The notes beneath the pieces are model-generated. The model saw only the letters and a program-made list of their open reading frames with translations, did not search any database and was not told the origin of the DNA. Below are positions 60,541-64,000 of a stretch of DNA of 64,000 nucleotides, in pieces (position 1 is the stretch's first letter; every line of letters starts with the position of its first letter). The stretch lies in the NCBI GenBank assembly GCA_023266935.1, contig JAHFOF010000002.1, positions 68,623-132,622 of the forward strand, in the 5' to 3' direction. Position numbers and translations under genes: made by a program. The DNA is from a bacterium. Lineage in GTDB: Bacteria; Patescibacteriota; Minisyncoccia; Phycocordibacterales; Zambryskibacteraceae.

Positions 60541-62693
60541 AGCAAGTAAATATTAATCTAGAAAATTGTTATGGAATAACAAAATTAAAAAAGGATTTTG
60601 ATTTTTTAAATGGAAACGTTTATGCCATTTATTCTCCAAATGGAACGATGAAGACTTCATTTGCTAATACTTTTAAAGATATAAGTAAAGTTTTATTAAC
60701 TACGGATAGGGTGTTTCGTAGACCAAATGTGCGTGATATAAAAAAAGAGAACAATGTTGATCTTTCTCCAGAAGAAATTTTCGTAATCGAACCATATAAC
60801 GAATACTTCGTTTCGTCTAGAATTTCCACTCTTCTTGTAAATAAGAGATTAAAAAACGATTATGAAAATATTTATATAAAGATTGATGAAGCAAAAGAAA
60901 AATTATTTAAGAAAATATCTAAAATGTCTGGTCTGAAATCTTCGTTAGAGGAAGAAATTTCTATTTCTTTTACCGGGGAAGAGGGTAATTTTTTCGATGT
61001 TTTAGAAACTATTAAACCCTATGTGGCAGATTTATCTGAACCAGTATATTCTCAAGTATCTTATAAGGAAATTTTTAACGAAAAAGTTTTAAATTTTTTG
61101 AACATGGAAAATGTCAAAGAAAATATTTCTAGTTATATAACAAAATACAATGAATTAATTGAATCATCTACCTATTTCAAAAAAGGTGTTTTTAATCATA
61201 ATAACGCATCTGCAGTTTCAAAAAATTTAAAGGATAATGGTTTTTTTGAAGCGGAACATTTCATTTCGTTACATGGTCAAAGCGAAGATCAAAGAGTTAA
61301 TAACAAAGAAGAATTCGATAGGATTATAGAACAAGAGAAAAATATTATTTTAAACAATACAGAATTATTAGCTTCCTTTGAAAACATAGATAAAATTCTT
61401 ACTAAAAATGAAGAGTTACGTAGTTTCAGAGAATTTTTAACAAATAATACGGGTATTATTCTAGAACTACTTGAAATTGAAGAACTTAAGAAAAAAATAT
61501 GGTTATCATATTTTAAAACTCACAAAGATTTATATATAAATCTGATTACAGAATATGAAGAAGCTAAAGAAAATTTAAAAAATATAATTGCTCAAGCAAA
61601 ATTGGAAATAACTCGATGGAGAAAGGTGGTTGATATTTTTAACAAAAGATTTTTTGTACCATTTAAGTTAGAAATAGCAAACCAAGAGGACGTTATCTTA
61701 AAGCAAGTGGCTCCATTTATATCATTTGTTTTTAAGGATTTTATTTCTGAGACTCCAATTGAACAAGCCGAGTTAGTTACGATATTAAGTACTGGAGAAA
61801 AGCATGCTTTATATATACTTAACGTAATTTTTGAATTTGAAGGGAGAATTGAAACGGGACAAGAAACACTTTTTATTGTGGATGATATCGCTGATTCTTT
61901 TGATTATAAAAACAAGTATGCAATCATAGAATATTTAAAAGAAATTTCTAATATTAATATATTTAATCAGATTATTCTAACTCACAATTTTGATTTCTTT
62001 AGAACTATACAGAGTAGGCTTAATCTATCTCGAGATACAAAAGTTTTAATGGTTGAAAAAACTCTCAGCGGCGTGAATCTAGTCAAAGCAGAATATTTCA
62101 ACCCTTTTAATTACTGGATGGATCATTTGAACGAGGATAAAAAATTTATAGCATCTATAGCTTTTTCAAGAAATATTATTAATTATATAGTTGGAGAGGA
62201 TGATCAGGACTATCTTAAACTGACGTCTCTTCTACATATAAAATCAGATACAGATTCAATAACCAAAATAGATGTAGAAAGTATATATAAAAAATTTTTT
62301 CCAAAACAATCAAACTTAAATCTATTGAAACCAAACGATAAAATTATAGATTTGATATTTTCATTGGCTGAAGTTTGTTTATTAGATCCAGAAGGAATAA
62401 ATCTTGAAAATAAAATAATTCTTTCTATTGCAATAAGACTCAAGGCCGAAAAGTTCATGCTAAGCAAACTAACAGATAAGAATTATGCAAATAAAAATCA
62501 AACTAGAGAATTTTTTGATAGATATAATGTAGAGTTTGGGAATACAGAACTAGAGAAAGTTAAAATTCTAGAGAGAGTTAATTTGATAACTCCTGAAAAT
62601 ATACACCTGAATTCTTTTATGTACGAGCCAATTCTAGACATATCAGATGTTCATCTCAAGGAATTGTATAATGATGTTAAGGTGATGCAATGA
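60525..62693 (+). CDS. ABC-type ATPase with long coiled coil (AAA_13/RloC-like)
   Basis: Degenerate Walker A YSPNGTMKTS, signature LSTGEK, Walker B FIVDD, LTHNFDF. Confidence 0.7.
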   Translation: MYENMKQVNINLENCYGITKLKKDFDFLNGNVYAIYSPNGTMKTSFANTFKDISKVLLTTDRVFRRPNVRDIKKENNVDLSPEEIFVIEPYNEYFVSSRISTLLVNKRLKNDYENIYIKIDEAKEKLFKKISKMSGLKSSLEEEISISFTGEEGNFFDVLETIKPYVADLSEPVYSQVSYKEIFNEKVLNFLNMENVKENISSYITKYNELIESSTYFKKGVFNHNNASAVSKNLKDNGFFEAEHFISLHGQSEDQRVNNKEEFDRIIEQEKNIILNNTELLASFENIDKILTKNEELRSFREFLTNNTGIILELLEIEELKKKIWLSYFKTHKDLYINLITEYEEAKENLKNIIAQAKLEITRWRKVVDIFNKRFFVPFKLEIANQEDVILKQVAPFISFVFKDFISETPIEQAELVTILSTGEKHALYILNVIFEFEGRIETGQETLFIVDDIADSFDYKNKYAIIEYLKEISNINIFNQIILTHNFDFFRTIQSRLNLSRDTKVLMVEKTLSGVNLVKAEYFNPFNYWMDHLNEDKKFIASIAFSRNIINYIVGEDDQDYLKLTSLLHIKSDTDSITKIDVESIYKKFFPKQSNLNLLKPNDKIIDLIFSLAEVCLLDPEGINLENKIILSIAIRLKAEKFMLSKLTDKNYANKNQTREFFDRYNVEFGNTELEKVKILERVNLITPENIHLNSFMYEPILDISDVHLKELYNDVKVMQ

Positions 62694-62760
62694 TCCTACT
62701 TATATGAATCAAATCAAACTCGGTTTATACAAACATACAAAGGAAATAAAATAAAAAATT

Positions 62761-63099
62761 ATGCGCGTTTGGGACATTCATCCAAAACATTTGTGTAGGA
62801 AACATCTACTCGCCGAACATCGCGAGCTTCATGGGTTGTGGAACATTCTGACCAAACACAAGGCGAAGGGTGGATATTCAAGGCATCCGGAGACCTTGCG
62901 CTGGGTGGGCAAAGAGCGCGCACTCTACGAGAGGCACGAGGCCTTGGTGAAGGAGTTCATGAAGCGGGGATACAAGCACCACACTCCACTGGATAAACGG
63001 CTGGCCAAGGGTGTGGGTGGTCAGAAAGTTTTCATAAACACCGTAGCCGAGCAAAGAATAATTTTAAGAGCCAAGCCGTGCGAGTGTTTTATGGATTGA
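62761..63099 (+). CDS. Pyrimidine-dimer DNA glycosylase (DenV-like)
   Basis: MRVWDI...LLAEHRELH...HPE...EFMKRGY. Confidence 0.8.
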   Translation: MRVWDIHPKHLCRKHLLAEHRELHGLWNILTKHKAKGGYSRHPETLRWVGKERALYERHEALVKEFMKRGYKHHTPLDKRLAKGVGGQKVFINTVAEQRIILRAKPCECFMD

Positions 63100-63123
63100 A
63101 CCGTAGTCGGTGAGTAAAAAATT

Positions 63124-63624
63124 ATGCAAAATAATATGATTAAAAAAATAGTATTGGCAGGTGGTTGTTTTTGGGGACTGGAGGATTTAATCAGAAAACA
63201 ACCCGGAGTGGTGAACACTACGACCGGCTACACCGGCGGAGCGGTCATTAACCCAACATACGAGAACCATGAGGGTCATGCAGAAGCAGTAGAAATAGAA
63301 TACGACCCGCTCGAAACCTCCCATAAAAAATTGTTGGATTTTTTCTTTCAGATTCATAACCCCACGACCTTGAATCAGCAGGGTAATGACCGAGGCACTT
63401 CCTATCGTTCAGCTATTTTTTATGGGAGCAATGAAGAAAAGAAGGAAGCCGAGGATTTTATTGTGCTGGTAAATGAATCCAAACGCTGGAAGGACCCTGT
63501 GGTGACCACACTCGAACCACTAGGAAAGTTTTACCCCGCAGAGGAATATCATCAAGATTATTTACAGAAAAACCCCGGCGGATATACGTGCCACGCCATA
63601 TATTTTGACAGCTATCTAAAATAA
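63124..63624 (+). CDS. msrA: Methionine-S-sulfoxide reductase
   Basis: [14 protein letters not shown]. Confidence 0.95.
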   Translation: MQNNMIKKIVLAGGCFWGLEDLIRKQPGVVNTTTGYTGGAVINPTYENHEGHAEAVEIEYDPLETSHKKLLDFFFQIHNPTTLNQQGNDRGTSYRSAIFYGSNEEKKEAEDFIVLVNESKRWKDPVVTTLEPLGKFYPAEEYHQDYLQKNPGGYTCHAIYFDSYLK

Positions 63625-63650
63625 TCTTCACAACTTCGTCGTCAGCTTAA

Positions 63651-63902
63651 TCATCTCCCCCACCTCCACTTCGGCTTCTCGCCTTTCAAATAACAAATAA
63701 TAATTAATGGGATGGAGAGAATAATAAAATAAAATCCAAAGTTGATAAGAAAATCGCTCCCAGAATGAGACCAAACATTAAAATACATCCCAACCTTTAA
63801 TAGAGCGAGAACATACAGCAAGATTATAACCCAGCCTTGCCAGGAAACCGGGTACCACCCCCAACCATACATCTTCGCCCTAAACCAAAGTTTGTTTTTC
63901 AT
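63651..63902 (-). CDS. Small hypothetical membrane protein
   Basis: WFRAKMYGWGWYPVSWQGW, two TMs. Confidence 0.7.
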   Translation of the reverse strand: MKNKLWFRAKMYGWGWYPVSWQGWVIILLYVLALLKVGMYFNVWSHSGSDFLINFGFYFIILSIPLIIICYLKGEKPKWRWGR

Positions 63903-64000
63903 AGATTAATCATACCAAATAGAAAAGTGTAGAATGGGTATATGAATTTAAATGACAATCTCTCTAGTGCCTTTAGGATTTTGCCGACCCAAGAGAAAGC

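Overview
AT-rich bacterial chromosome segment (standard code) that looks like a Patescibacteria/CPR (Parcubacteria-like) genome, inferred from gene content and style. Content includes phosphoketolase + acetate kinase, a type IV pilus cluster (pilM/N/O/B/T/C/D + pilins) with comF, ligA-gatC-gatA, ftsEX, a short prfB, rnj, secG, a MacAB-type exporter, a lipid-modification operon, eight tRNAs and a small defence-like island (MTase, PD-(D/E)XK nuclease, KTSC, ABC-type ATPase). The most unusual signals are non-coding and tRNA-centred. (1) Downstream of tRNA-Asp lies an array of accessory genes delimited by two repeats: a 165-bp structured repeat carrying antisense and sense copies of the tRNA 3' arm, and a ~22-29-bp end motif in 3 copies. 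(2) A small GIY-YIG nuclease gene is flanked by a duplication of the tRNA-Asp 5' end, and the upstream copy is split by a 39-bp palindrome; tRNA-Ser(GGA) shows the same arrangement. (3) Short palindromic elements (a 36-bp double hairpin and a 20-bp 'LPAGRQ' palindrome) sit in frame in unrelated proteins. (4) There is an unassigned ~245-nt structured RNA-like region. All analysis was by eye; no searches were run.
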